Source of the DNA: Bryobacterales bacterium
GTDB taxonomy: Bacteria > Acidobacteriota > Terriglobia > Bryobacterales > Bryobacteraceae
DNA length: 64,000 nt
NCBI GenBank assembly: GCA_963809945.1
Contig: CAWELS010000050.1
Coordinates: 54,471-118,470 of the forward strand
Reading direction: 5' to 3'
Below the pieces are notes generated by a model. The model was not told where the DNA came from. It saw only the letters and a list, made by a program, of their open reading frames with translations, and ran no database searches. Each line of letters starts with the position of its first letter. The stretch's first letter is position 1. A program made the position numbers and the translations under genes. This document shows, piece by piece, positions 19,498 to 29,405 of this stretch.

Positions 19498-20703
19498 ATG
19501 AAATCCGATCTTGTTCCCATGAGATGGCCGGTTGGGTGGAAGGATCCGGCGCGGCTGGAACTGATCCAGGGGACGCCGATCAATTGCCTGGTCGGCGAAG
19601 CGCCGCCGCCGTTTCCGCTGGGCGACATACAGTTCGTTCCGGAAGGCACCGCGCCGGACGGCGTGGCGCTCCACGAGGGCCGGTGGCCGAAGGTCGAAGG
19701 CGGCCGCGACCCCGATACCGATACCGCCGATGCGGGCGCGACCGGGGCGCCGTGGGTCGACTCGAACGCCGCTGTCATCCGTCTCGCCCGGGCGCTCGAA
19801 CCGGAAAAGATGGTCTGGCTCACCTATTCGCCCCCACCCGCCACCGAGGTGGTTCCGTTCGCACAGTCCGCCGTGCCGGTGGCCGAAGCCGGGGCCTACG
19901 GCGCGCGGTGGGTGATCGGGCTGCAGGATCCACTGCGCGAGGCGATCGAGAGGCAGTCCGCCGAGGCGATCGGGGCCTGGAAGCAGATGGTCGCGATGCT
20001 CGAGTTCTTCTCTCGCCATGCCGAGTGGCGCGACTGGGATCCGGTGGCGCGGCTGGCCGTGGTTTCGAGCTTCGAGGGCGAGCACGCCTTTCTGGCCGAG
20101 GAGTTCCTCAACCTGGCGCCGCGCGGCCACCTCGCCTATCGGATCATCCCCAAGGCATCGGCCATGGAGGCGTCGCTCGAAGGCCTGCGGGCCGTGCTCC
20201 TGATCGACGACAATGCGGGCACGACGGGACTCGGCGAGAAGCTGCTCGCGTTTGCCGCGGCCGGCGGACTGCTGATCGCACCGTCACCGATGCCGGGAAC
20301 CGGGGCCCCCACAGAGACGAAGCTTGGCTACAACATCTACCGCTGGAAGCAAGGGACGATCGCCGCGCCGCAGGTGCCGTGGGCGGATCCGTATCTGCTC
20401 GTCCAGGAGGTTCATTTGCTGGTCAGCCATCGCTACGACGTCGTTCGCATCTGGAACGCCGGACCGATGAACACGCTCTACGTGGCGCCGCCGGCGGGCG
20501 GGCGCGGCGTGGTCCACCTGGTGAAGTACGGCGGGAGTGCACGGCGGCGGGGCGAGCTAACGCTCGGATTGTCCGAGGAATATGCGAAGGCGAGGATCCT
20601 GACGCCCGAGGGGGAACAGGACCTGGAGCCGGTGAAGTCGCGTCTGGGCATTGAAATACCGCTACCGTCGTTCGGCGTCTATGCGGCCGTCGAATTGGGA
20701 TAG
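19498..20703 (+). CDS. Hypothetical protein, 402 aa, no family recognised
   Basis: Intact ORF with a GGGAG-like RBS before ATG 19498. No TM helix or signal peptide is obvious. The C-terminal half (LRAVLLIDDNAGTTGLGEKLLAFAAAGGLLIAP) vaguely resembles GATase1/ThuA-like folds, which is speculation. Confidence 0.5.
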   Translation: MKSDLVPMRWPVGWKDPARLELIQGTPINCLVGEAPPPFPLGDIQFVPEGTAPDGVALHEGRWPKVEGGRDPDTDTADAGATGAPWVDSNAAVIRLARALEPEKMVWLTYSPPPATEVVPFAQSAVPVAEAGAYGARWVIGLQDPLREAIERQSAEAIGAWKQMVAMLEFFSRHAEWRDWDPVARLAVVSSFEGEHAFLAEEFLNLAPRGHLAYRIIPKASAMEASLEGLRAVLLIDDNAGTTGLGEKLLAFAAAGGLLIAPSPMPGTGAPTETKLGYNIYRWKQGTIAAPQVPWADPYLLVQEVHLLVSHRYDVVRIWNAGPMNTLYVAPPAGGRGVVHLVKYGGSARRRGELTLGLSEEYAKARILTPEGEQDLEPVKSRLGIEIPLPSFGVYAAVELG

Positions 20704-20772
20704 CGGCAGGTGGCAGTTAGCTGTAGCTGGTCGCGGTGGCGCCGGTGTCCGAGTAAGTCAGATCCCGTCAAC

Positions 20773-22323
20773 TCAGTTCCCGAGCTGTGCCGCTCCCACC
20801 GTATCCAGCATCAGGCGCCGTCCGAACGTTCTCTCGAAGACCGTGCCCTGCTGGCCGGCCGCCCATAGCTCGAGTTCCACGTCCCGGGAATGCTCCAGCC
20901 GCAGCCGGACCTCGCCAGGCGAGATCTCGACGTCGACCCGCTCGACGCGCTGCTCGTGTCCGCGGTCCAGGTTGTCGGCGATGCGCAGTAGTGGGATGAG
21001 AGCACGCAGGATGTTCTTCTCTTCCGGGTGGAGCACTTCGTGGTTCTCATGCGTCGGCTTGGGCAGGCTCTTGCGGTGGTAGCGGCAGAGATTGGCGATC
21101 AGGAGCCGCTCGCGGTCGGTGAAACCGGGCAGGTCTGAGTTCGCCACCAGGTAGTAGGAATGGCGGTGGTGGCGGACGCCGCTGACGAAATGCCCGATGT
21201 CGTGCAGGTAGGCGGCGGCCTCCAGCAGGCCGCCCATCTGCGGATGGAGTCCGTGGAGGGATTCGAGTTTGTCGAACAGCTCACCGGCGAGGCGCGCCAC
21301 CTGCTCGGCGTGTTCCATCGGCACGGCGTAGCGTTCGGCCATCTGGCGCACGGTCCGCCGCTGATCCGCATCGAGACGGGTGTGCCGCTGCGCCGTGCCC
21401 CGAATGGCCAGGTCGGCGATGATACCGTCCCGGACCCCGGCCGAGGAGTATTCGAACCGCCCCACGCCGATCGCTTCGAGGATCATGGCCAGCGCGCCGC
21501 AGCCGGCCACGATGATCTCCGCCCGGCGCGCATTGATGCCCGTCTGGAAGCGCCGCCGGCGGAGGCTCATGCCGGCAAGCTCGTCAAACAGCGCCCATAC
21601 TTGCTCGACCGTGGCTTCCCGTCCGTCGGCGGCGTCCTTTTCTGAACTGGGGATGTCGTGGATCGCCCGCATGGTGGCCGCCGCCGTCGCCGCCGTGGCG
21701 ATGATCCGCGCCCCGCCGACCGCCTCGGCCAAGGCCCGGAACGCCGTCAGTTTCTCGCGAACGTAGTCCTGGAACTTCCGGATCTCACTGGCCGCCGGCG
21801 GGTCGGTCTCGAAGAACATCTCGGTGAGCCGGACCGCTCCCAGAGGCCGCGACGACGCCCGTCCCATGGATCCGCAGCGGCTCTCGATCAACTCCGCGCT
21901 GCCGCCGCCGATGTCGATGATCAGTCGCTTTTCGCCGTTGCCAGGCAGGCGGTAATGAACGCCGAGCTGGATGAGCCGCGCCTCTTCCTGTCCGGAGATC
22001 ACGTCCACGTCGACGCCGCCGAGCGCCTGCTGCGCCCGCTGCAGGAATTCCACCTGGTTGCCGGCGTCGCGGATCGCGCTGGTGGCGACGGCGCGAATCG
22101 TAAGCACCTTGTGTTCCCTGAGGGTCGCCGCCATTCGGGAGAGGACGCGGGCGGTCAAGTCCATCGCCTCCGGACCCACCCGGCCGTGGCGATAGACGGT
22201 TTGGCCCAGACGGGTGACCTCGCGGTCCTCGGCGAGGATCCGCATCGGCTCTCCGGGCAGGCACTCGGCCGCCTCCATCCGAATCGAGTTGCTACCTATG
22301 TCGACCGCGCCGTACCTGGGCAT
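20773..22323 (-). CDS. ppx: Ppx/GppA-family exopolyphosphatase with C-terminal HD domain
   Basis: YGAVDIGSNSIRM, IIDIGGGSAELI, and the HD region LHDIGHFVSGVRHHRHSYYLV. 516 aa, intact. Confidence 0.85.
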   Translation of the reverse strand: MPRYGAVDIGSNSIRMEAAECLPGEPMRILAEDREVTRLGQTVYRHGRVGPEAMDLTARVLSRMAATLREHKVLTIRAVATSAIRDAGNQVEFLQRAQQALGGVDVDVISGQEEARLIQLGVHYRLPGNGEKRLIIDIGGGSAELIESRCGSMGRASSRPLGAVRLTEMFFETDPPAASEIRKFQDYVREKLTAFRALAEAVGGARIIATAATAAATMRAIHDIPSSEKDAADGREATVEQVWALFDELAGMSLRRRRFQTGINARRAEIIVAGCGALAMILEAIGVGRFEYSSAGVRDGIIADLAIRGTAQRHTRLDADQRRTVRQMAERYAVPMEHAEQVARLAGELFDKLESLHGLHPQMGGLLEAAAYLHDIGHFVSGVRHHRHSYYLVANSDLPGFTDRERLLIANLCRYHRKSLPKPTHENHEVLHPEEKNILRALIPLLRIADNLDRGHEQRVERVDVEISPGEVRLRLEHSRDVELELWAAGQQGTVFERTFGRRLMLDTVGAAQLGN

Positions 22324-22503
22324 AAGAGTTCATTCTGACATCAGAACCGGGCGCAATGAGGGTACTTCGTAACCAGTGCGCGCTGCCCTGCGATTCCGTT
22401 ATCCGCACGGGCGACGCGGCCTTCATCGGCGAGACCACGGAGAGTTTTGGCCACCCGCGAACGGCACCGATTCGATCGCACAAACTCCCACGCTCCTCTG
22501 TGC

Positions 22504-24576
22504 TCAGCTTATCCGGCGCAGCAGGGAACGGCCGTCCATGTCGGGCGGCTTGCCGATGCCGAAGTAGTCGAGGATTGTCACCGGCAGGTCCATGATGTTG
22601 GGAGCGGTGGTGTCGAGCGGGACCGAGGCGAACAGCGAGCCGGGGACCAGATCCCGCGCCATCGAGTGATCGCCGCTCCAGGCCTACGGGTTGATGTCGA
22701 TGATCTTCGGGCCGGTTTCGCCGAGTACCGAGGTCGACGAGTTGCGGTAGCCGGGCGTGTAGCCGACCAGCAGGTCCGGCATCTCGTAGGTGAAGGGGCC
22801 GGAGTAGACTTCTTCCTGACGGTAGACCTTGGCCACCGGGTGTTTGCCCGTGTCGGGGTCGACGATCGCCTCGAGATCTTTGGCGATCTTCGCCATCAGC
22901 TCCAGCCGCTTGCCCGGACCCACCCGGCCGTTCCACTCGCGGCCTTCCTGAGGTTGATGTAGAGGCCGTTGAAGCCGATCCCGTAGGCGGCGGTCTCCGC
23001 CCAGTTGACGTCAGGAAATCGGTGTGCTCCTTCTTCCTCTCGGCCTCGTCGTTGATCGCCAGGTAGCCGCTGGTTCCGCAGCCAGGTGTTGAGGTGGAAC
23101 TGGCGGCCGAACTGGGCGAAGCCGTGGTCGGAGCAGATCATCACCAGCGTATTGTCGTCGACCGCGGGCAGCACCTTGCCGACCAGCGCGTCCATTTGCT
23201 CGTAGAGATGGTGCAGGTAGCCGGCGAAGCGGACGTCGGAGGCGGCGTGCATGGGGTGCGTCTTGTCCATGTTGCGCCACAGCATGTGGGCGTCCTGGTC
23301 GGTGGACGAGACGTAGAAGTAGAACAGGCCGGAACGGAAGCGCGACCACTCGTAGTCGAACAGCGCCAGGCGCTCCTTGAGGATCAGCTCGGCCTGGCCG
23401 ACGTAGCCCTCGTCCTCGATCACCCGGTAGTCGAGCGCCTTGGTGTCGGACGGCAGACCCTTGGTCCAGAACGGACCGATTCGCGCGGCGATCTCGGCGC
23501 CCAACTCCTCCGGGTAGGTGACGGGCATGGCCTGATCGGCCGGGTCGATGTTGATCGGGCGTGACGTAGAGCTGGAGGTGCGGGTGGACCGCCTTGACGT
23601 AGAAGCGGGCGATGCCGGCGACGCTGCTGAGCACGGGCAGCATGTCGAAGCGCGAGCTGCACCCAGTCGCAGTAGTCGCCGCGTTGGACAGCACGATGCG
23701 CTCGCCCTGCATGTCGAGGCGGACCACGTCGCTCACGGGGATCGACGTGGACGGTGAACGGGATCGCGCGTGTTGTTGATGAGCGGATCGAGCCGGTCGT
23801 CCTTCGGCTTGCGGAGCGAGTTCACCGGGCCGTAGAGGTTGGCGTCGACGCGGCCGCCGCGAGCTCGACGTGGAGGACGTTGCCGCCGCTGATGCCTTCG
23901 TGCTTCTCGTCGGGGTTGGTGGTGAAGTAGTTGAACATGCCGAACGAGTCGATCAGGTCGGGGGTGCCCATGCCGCTGATCGGCGCGGGTGGCGGTTTCG
24001 TCGACCGGGAAGTTGGTCGGGATCTTGATGACCGACGCCGGGATGCCCTGGGCGGTGAGGTATGACCAGAACGGGGTGCCCGTGGCGCCGGTTGCGGCAC
24101 TTTTCCGCCCCCGAGCGGCAACTGGTAGTCGCCGAAGTCGAGAGCGTACGGCCGCTCGGGTTCGGTTTCCCAGATCGAGAAGAACGGCATGTAGGTCTGC
24201 CGGGTCGCGGACGATGAAGTCGGCGATGCCGTGCCCCCCGGGATTGAGGCCGGTGATGAAGCTGGACCAGGCCACCGGGCTGAGGGCGGGCATGGTTGTC
24301 GCCGAGGGGCGCGAAGACGCCCATCTTGGCCAGTTTCTTGAAGTTCGGGGCGCGGCCGGTGTCGATCAGCGCCTTCACCATCTTCGGATCGAGCCCGTCG
24401 ATGCCGAGCACGATCACCTTCTTCTCGGTGGTGGAACGCCGCGGACCGCGACTGCACGAGATGTACGGGAATGCCGCGGCTCCGGCCAGGGTACCGACGA
24501 AATGGCGGCGGCTGGGGCGCCAGGATTGCGGAGACTTGCCTGCAGATTGACCTTCGGAAGCACTTTCTGACATCAA
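22504..24576 (-). pseudogene. Alkaline-phosphatase-superfamily type I phosphodiesterase/nucleotide pyrophosphatase, at least 9 frame changes
   Basis: Tat-like N-terminus (SRRHFVGTLAGAAAFP); VIVLGIDGLDPKMV; MPALSPVAWSSFITGLNPGGHGI; GTPFWSYLTAQGIPASVIKIP; GMGTPDLIDSFG; SSTDQDAHMLW; VMICSDHGF; WSGDHS...ILDYFGIGKPPDMDGRSLL. The fragments alternate between ORFs 23953-24576, 23733-24293, 23822-24457, 23011-23736, 22896-23528, 22684-22923 and an unlisted short frame ending at the TGA at 22504. Confidence 0.7.
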
Positions 24577-24620
24577 ATGATCTTTCCGCCCTCTCTATTC
24601 CCTGTATTGTACCGCTCCAC

Positions 24621-25787
24621 TCACCGGCGGCCGGCGGCGGCCTCCACCTGGCGCATCACGCGCAGGGTATTGCCGCCGTAAATCTTGCGGATGTCATCGG
24701 CCGAGTAGCCCTTGGCGAGCAGCGCGCGGGTGAGGTTCGGGAACTTGGAGACGTCGTCCAGGCTGGTTGGCACGCATTCCACGCCGTCGTAGTCGGTGCC
24801 GATGCCAACCGCGTCCACGCCGGCAAGCTTGACGACATGGTCAATGTGCGCCACCACGTCGGCGAGCGTCGCGCGGGGGATGCTCTTCACGTCGAGATCC
24901 TTCCTGTCGGGGTGGAGGTATGGGGTGGCGTCGGCCGATGCTTTGGACAGAAACTCGCAGCCGAAGTTGATGTGGACGACGCCTCCCTTCTTGGCCAGCG
25001 CCACGATCATCTCGTCGGTCATGTTGCGTGCGATGTTGGTCAAGGCGCGGCAGGAGGAGTGCGATGCGATGACGGGCGCTGAACTGGTCTCGATCACATC
25101 CCAGAAGGTGTCGTCGGAGACGTGCGAGACGTCAACCATCATGCCGAGCCGGTTCATCTCGCGGACCACGTCGCGGCCGAAGTCGGTGAGTCCGCCATGG
25201 TGGGTGACCTTGGGGTCGTCCATGTCGCCGGAGGAATCGGCCCAATCGTTGGTATTCGAGTGGGTGAGCGTCATGTAGCGGGCGCCGAGGACGTAGGAGT
25301 CCCGCAGCACGCGCAGGCTGTTCTCGATGGCATGGCCGCCCTCGATGCCGATGAGCGCGGCGATCTTCCCTTCCCGGTGGGCGCGCTCGATGTCGTCCGC
25401 GGTGAGTGCGAGCGCGAAGTCATTCGGATAGCGGCCGACGACGTCGTGGCGCACGGTGTCGATCATCTCGAGGAGCCGGTGGGCGGCCTGATGCTCCGGC
25501 ACGTAGGTCCGCGAGACGTAGGCGGCGAAAAAGACGGCGCCGACGCCGCCCTCGCGCAGCCGGGGCAGGTCCGTGTGGGTATCGCGTTGCCGGACGCCGA
25601 AGTCCATGCCCTTGACGGTGTTGCTGGTAACGTCGTTGTGGAGGTCGATCAGAAGGGCGGATTCGTGGACGCGCCGGACCTCCTCGTCGGACACCTTTCG
25701 GTCGGCGGAGATGAGTCCGGGCACCAGGCAAAGCATCAAATAGGGTAGGAGAAGTGAGGGGCGCATTACCCCTTGAGTGTAAACCAC
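24621..25787 (-). CDS. Membrane dipeptidase, peptidase family M19
   Basis: IDLHNDV, IEGGHAIENSLRVLRDSYVLGARYMTLTHSNTNDWADS, VMVDVSHVSD, IASHSS, GIGTDYDG. The start may be the internal Met at 25766. Confidence 0.85.
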   Translation of the reverse strand: MVYTQGVMRPSLLLPYLMLCLVPGLISADRKVSDEEVRRVHESALLIDLHNDVTSNTVKGMDFGVRQRDTHTDLPRLREGGVGAVFFAAYVSRTYVPEHQAAHRLLEMIDTVRHDVVGRYPNDFALALTADDIERAHREGKIAALIGIEGGHAIENSLRVLRDSYVLGARYMTLTHSNTNDWADSSGDMDDPKVTHHGGLTDFGRDVVREMNRLGMMVDVSHVSDDTFWDVIETSSAPVIASHSSCRALTNIARNMTDEMIVALAKKGGVVHINFGCEFLSKASADATPYLHPDRKDLDVKSIPRATLADVVAHIDHVVKLAGVDAVGIGTDYDGVECVPTSLDDVSKFPNLTRALLAKGYSADDIRKIYGGNTLRVMRQVEAAAGRR

Positions 25788-25903
25788 GAGAACCGGGCCG
25801 CCGGCGCACGGCTATTCTTTTGGTAACCGACGGCTCGAGGTTGCGTCTGATGTACTAAAATAAGAGTACGTGGGGATGGGGCCCGCAGCCACCCTGGAGC
25901 TTT

Positions 25904-27196
25904 ATGAATCGACTTGTGAAATTCACCGTGATCGCGCTTTCATCGTCGCTGGTGCTGTTCCTGCTGATCGGCACCATGATGGGACGGGAAGCCAACCCCG
26001 AAGACGTCTACCGCCACTTCGCCGTCTACACCGAGGTGCTGTCGCGCATTAAGAGCGAGTACGTCGAGGAGCCGGAGATGCAGGACGTGACGCTCGGGGC
26101 CTTGAACGGGTTGCTCGAGTCGATCGACCCATTCGCCAGCTACCTCACGGCGGACCAGTACCGCCAGTACGAGCACGACGCAGACTCCGGCAAGGCGGAC
26201 ATCGGGCTGAAGCTGTCGCGCAAAGTGGGCTACGTGAGCGTGGTCGACGCCGTGCCGGACTCGCCGGCGGCCAAGGCCGGGCTGACCACCGCGGACATGA
26301 TCGAGACCATCGACGGTGTCTCCACGCGCGACATGCCGCTCGCCTATGCCGAGATGCTGTTGCGCGGCAAGCAGGGCAGCAAGGTGTCTCTGACCGTCCT
26401 GCGTGTGCAGCAAAGCGCGGAGCCGCAGGAGTTCGAGCTGACGCGGGAGCGGATCGCGCCGCCGGACGTCACCTCGCAGGTAATCGACGGCGACATCGGG
26501 CTGATCCGCGTGCCGAGCCTGGAGAAGGGCAGGGTCAAGGAAGTGGCCCGCAATATCAAGCAGGTCACCAGCCACGGCGCCAAGCGTCTCGTGCTCGATA
26601 TGCGCCGGGCCGCCACGGGTGATCCGGAAGAAGGAGTGGCGCTGGCCGACCTGTTCCTGAACGACGGTATGATTGCCACGCTCCAGGGGCAGCGCGTCTC
26701 AAAGCAGGAGTTTCGCGCCACCTCGGCGACGACGGTGACGGACCTGCCGCTGGTGGTGGTCATCAATCGTGGAACCGCCCAGGGCGCGGAGGTCGCCGCG
26801 GCGGCGCTGCTCGAGAACAAGCGCGGTCAGGTGGTGGGCGAGCGCAGCTACGGCGATGCCGCGCTGCGACGAGCCGTCCGGCTGGAGGATGGCGGCGCCG
26901 TGATCCTGTCGGTGGCGAAGTACCACGGCCCGGACGGTGAGGCGATTCAGGACAAGGGCGTCACGCCGTCGGTAGTGGCGATGGCGCGGGAGCCGGTCTC
27001 CGAGGACGAGAACGAGAACGAGAATCCCTCGATCAAGCCGATACCGGAGCCGACAATCGACCAGGATACGATTTTGCAGAAAGCGATTGAAGTGCTGAAG
27101 AACGGCGGTGCGGAGGTGGCTCAGGACAAGAGCCAGCAGGGCGGTTCCGAAACGCTGACGCCGCTGGGCGTCCCGCAGCCGAATCCACTGCACTGA
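25904..27196 (+). CDS. S41 (C-terminal processing peptidase) homologue with PDZ domain; catalytic Ser/Lys apparently substituted
   Basis: N-terminal TM anchor and PDZ domain (GLKLSRKVGYVSVVDAVPDSPAAKAGL). The S41 core VVVINRGTAQGAEVAAAALLENKRGQVVGERSYGDAA aligns with the canonical NRGSASASEI..AGALQD..RA..VGE.TFGKG. Gln293 (26780-26782) sits at the Ser position and Asp318 (26855-26857) at the Lys position. Confidence 0.75.
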   Translation: MNRLVKFTVIALSSSLVLFLLIGTMMGREANPEDVYRHFAVYTEVLSRIKSEYVEEPEMQDVTLGALNGLLESIDPFASYLTADQYRQYEHDADSGKADIGLKLSRKVGYVSVVDAVPDSPAAKAGLTTADMIETIDGVSTRDMPLAYAEMLLRGKQGSKVSLTVLRVQQSAEPQEFELTRERIAPPDVTSQVIDGDIGLIRVPSLEKGRVKEVARNIKQVTSHGAKRLVLDMRRAATGDPEEGVALADLFLNDGMIATLQGQRVSKQEFRATSATTVTDLPLVVVINRGTAQGAEVAAAALLENKRGQVVGERSYGDAALRRAVRLEDGGAVILSVAKYHGPDGEAIQDKGVTPSVVAMAREPVSEDENENENPSIKPIPEPTIDQDTILQKAIEVLKNGGAEVAQDKSQQGGSETLTPLGVPQPNPLH

Positions 27197-27253
27197 TGCC
27201 ATGGGCCGTTTCCAGTGCGGCGGCCCGGTACAAGTTAGGACCTGAAACAGACC

Positions 27254-27583
27254 ATGCCGATTTACGAGTACCGATGCGAAGATTGCGAAACGGTCATCGA
27301 GAAGCTGCAGAAGTTCTCCGATCCGCCGCTAACTGAATGCGCGCGGTGCGGAGGCCGGCTTCAGAAGGTGATCTCCGCGCCGGGGCTGCAGTTCAAGGGA
27401 TCGGGGTGGTACGTCACCGATTACGCCCGTTCGGGCAGCAACGGCAAGAACGGCTCGGAGAAGCAGTCCGAGAGGAGTTCTGAATCGAAGTCGGAGTCGA
27501 AGTCCGATTCGAAGTCCGACACGAAGAAGAGCGAGTCCACGACGAAGTCCGAGCCGAAGGCGGCTCCATCCAAGTCTGACTAG
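27254..27583 (+). CDS. FmdB-family zinc-ribbon protein (CxxC_CxxC_SSSS) with Ser/Lys/Glu-rich tail
   Basis: MPIYEYRCEDCE...CARCGG...GSGWYVTDY, then a low-complexity tail SESKSESKSDSKSDTKKSESTTKSE. Confidence 0.85.
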   Translation: MPIYEYRCEDCETVIEKLQKFSDPPLTECARCGGRLQKVISAPGLQFKGSGWYVTDYARSGSNGKNGSEKQSERSSESKSESKSDSKSDTKKSESTTKSEPKAAPSKSD

Positions 27584-27894
27584 ATCTGTCTCTCGGGCTC
27601 CCTGCCGGCTCCGCCCGCCCGCGGCGGGTCCACGCGAGCCGCACGGGGCCAGCTGACGGTATCACTCCGCATACCGATTCGTCGCTGTCTTCCGAGCGTA
27701 GCCGGGCAGCCCCCGCCCCCGCCACACCCGGCAACACGCTCTGAGGGGACGGCTCCACCTGTAAAAAGTTCCGTCGGAGAGGCACTGGCGGCCACCGCCC
27801 GCCGCTGTCGGCTGGGCCACGGCACACGATCTCGATACAATAGCGATTCTGCCCGGTTTGCCATCGCCGGGACGGGAGAGGATACGTAGCTGAC

Positions 27895-28479
27895 ATGAAA
27901 GTGCCCGCGGGCGTCAACCTTTTCACCTGGACGGTGCCCACCCGGGGCGTCTATCCCGTCGTCGGAAAGATCATCAAGCACGGCTTCTTCGCGGGATGGG
28001 GAATGCTGGGATTGCTGTGGCTCATCCGCCTGCCGACAATTCATGTCACCAACTGGCACAACATCAACTACGAGTTCCTGGTGGCGACGCTGATCGGGCT
28101 GCCGATGCTCCCGAGCAACTTCCTGGTCGGGATGTTTCTTCACAACTTCGTCGGGTCGGCCTTCGCGTTCGTCTATGTCTACCTGTTCGAGCGCGTCCTC
28201 CATCGGGTATCGGTGCAGCTCGGCATCCTTTTCGGGCTGGTTCATGCCATCGTGATCGGCGGTCTGCTGGTGGCACTCCCGCTGGTCCATCCGGCCATGC
28301 CCGGATTGATGGACGCGCCCGGCCCGTGGTGCATCAACCTGGGTATCGGCGGCGTCGTCTCCTGGTTTTCGACCCACTTGATGTACGGCTTCCTGATGGG
28401 CTTCCAGTACCGGCGGATCACGGTCGACTGGAACGGCGGTCCGACGGCGGCCCGCAACCAACCCCAAGCGAGCCGCTAG
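27895..28479 (+). CDS. Hypothetical integral membrane protein (about 5 TM)
   Basis: Intact 194-aa ORF with a hydrophobic helix pattern. No family recognised. Confidence 0.5.
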   Translation: MKVPAGVNLFTWTVPTRGVYPVVGKIIKHGFFAGWGMLGLLWLIRLPTIHVTNWHNINYEFLVATLIGLPMLPSNFLVGMFLHNFVGSAFAFVYVYLFERVLHRVSVQLGILFGLVHAIVIGGLLVALPLVHPAMPGLMDAPGPWCINLGIGGVVSWFSTHLMYGFLMGFQYRRITVDWNGGPTAARNQPQASR

Positions 28480-28526
28480 ACCGGACGGCCCCACGACCTG
28501 GTTGGTGCAAGGCCCCGCGGCACCGC

Positions 28527-29405
28527 CTACCGAACGCCCCAGCGGAGCTTCTCGCGCAGCACGTCGAAAAACTTCATTCGCGGCGGACGGATCAGGCGCA
28601 CCATGCGCTCCGAGCAGCAGCAGATGATTTCGTCACCGTGCTTGAGCGGCTCGCCGACCTGCCCGTCGATGGTGAGGAACGCGGCGTCGTCCTTCGCCTC
28701 GACGACCAGCTTGACACGTGTGCCGAGCGGCAGGACCACCGGCCGGTTGGTCAGGGTATGGGGACAGATCGGCGTCATCACCAGCGCCTGCACGGTAGGA
28801 AAGATGATCGGGCCGCCGGCCGAGAGGGAATAGGCCGTCGAGCCGGTCGGCGTAGAGATGATCAGGCCGTCGGCTTTGTAGTTGCAGACCAGGTCGTCAT
28901 CAACATACGCCGTGACGTCGATCATGCGGGCGATGTCGATCTTGTCGACGACGACGTCGTTGAGCGCGTCGTAGCTGGCCGTCGAGTGTTCGCCGCGGTT
29001 GAGCTCGCAATGCAGGAGGCTGCGTTCGCCGATCTGCTGTTCGCCCCGTAACGCACGATCGAGTTCCGGGAAGATCTCCTCCACGGTAATCGCCGTCAGG
29101 AAGCCCATGCTACCGAGGTTGACGGCGAACAGCGGCGTTCGGCGGCCGGCCAGGGCGCGGACCGCGGAGAGCAGCGTCCCGTCCCCTCCGAGGAGGATGA
29201 TCAGATCCGTGCCGTCCGGCACCAGCGAGCGCGGCACGCCCGCGACGCCGCGCACGTAAGCGGCGGTCTCCTCATCGCATCGCACCTCGATGTCGCGCTC
29301 GGCGAGCCATGGCAGGAGCTCTTGCACCACGGCGGCCGCCGGCGCCACATCCGGCTTCGAGATGATTCCGATCGTTCTAGCGCCTGGCATATAGCAGAAA
29401 CTCAC
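28527..29405 (-). CDS. nadK: NAD+ kinase
   Basis: LIILLGGDGTLLS, NLGSMGFL, ADGLIISTPTGSTAYSLSAGGPI. The start is either 29405 or 29390. Confidence 0.9.
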   Translation of the reverse strand: MSFCYMPGARTIGIISKPDVAPAAAVVQELLPWLAERDIEVRCDEETAAYVRGVAGVPRSLVPDGTDLIILLGGDGTLLSAVRALAGRRTPLFAVNLGSMGFLTAITVEEIFPELDRALRGEQQIGERSLLHCELNRGEHSTASYDALNDVVVDKIDIARMIDVTAYVDDDLVCNYKADGLIISTPTGSTAYSLSAGGPIIFPTVQALVMTPICPHTLTNRPVVLPLGTRVKLVVEAKDDAAFLTIDGQVGEPLKHGDEIICCCSERMVRLIRPPRMKFFDVLREKLRWGVR

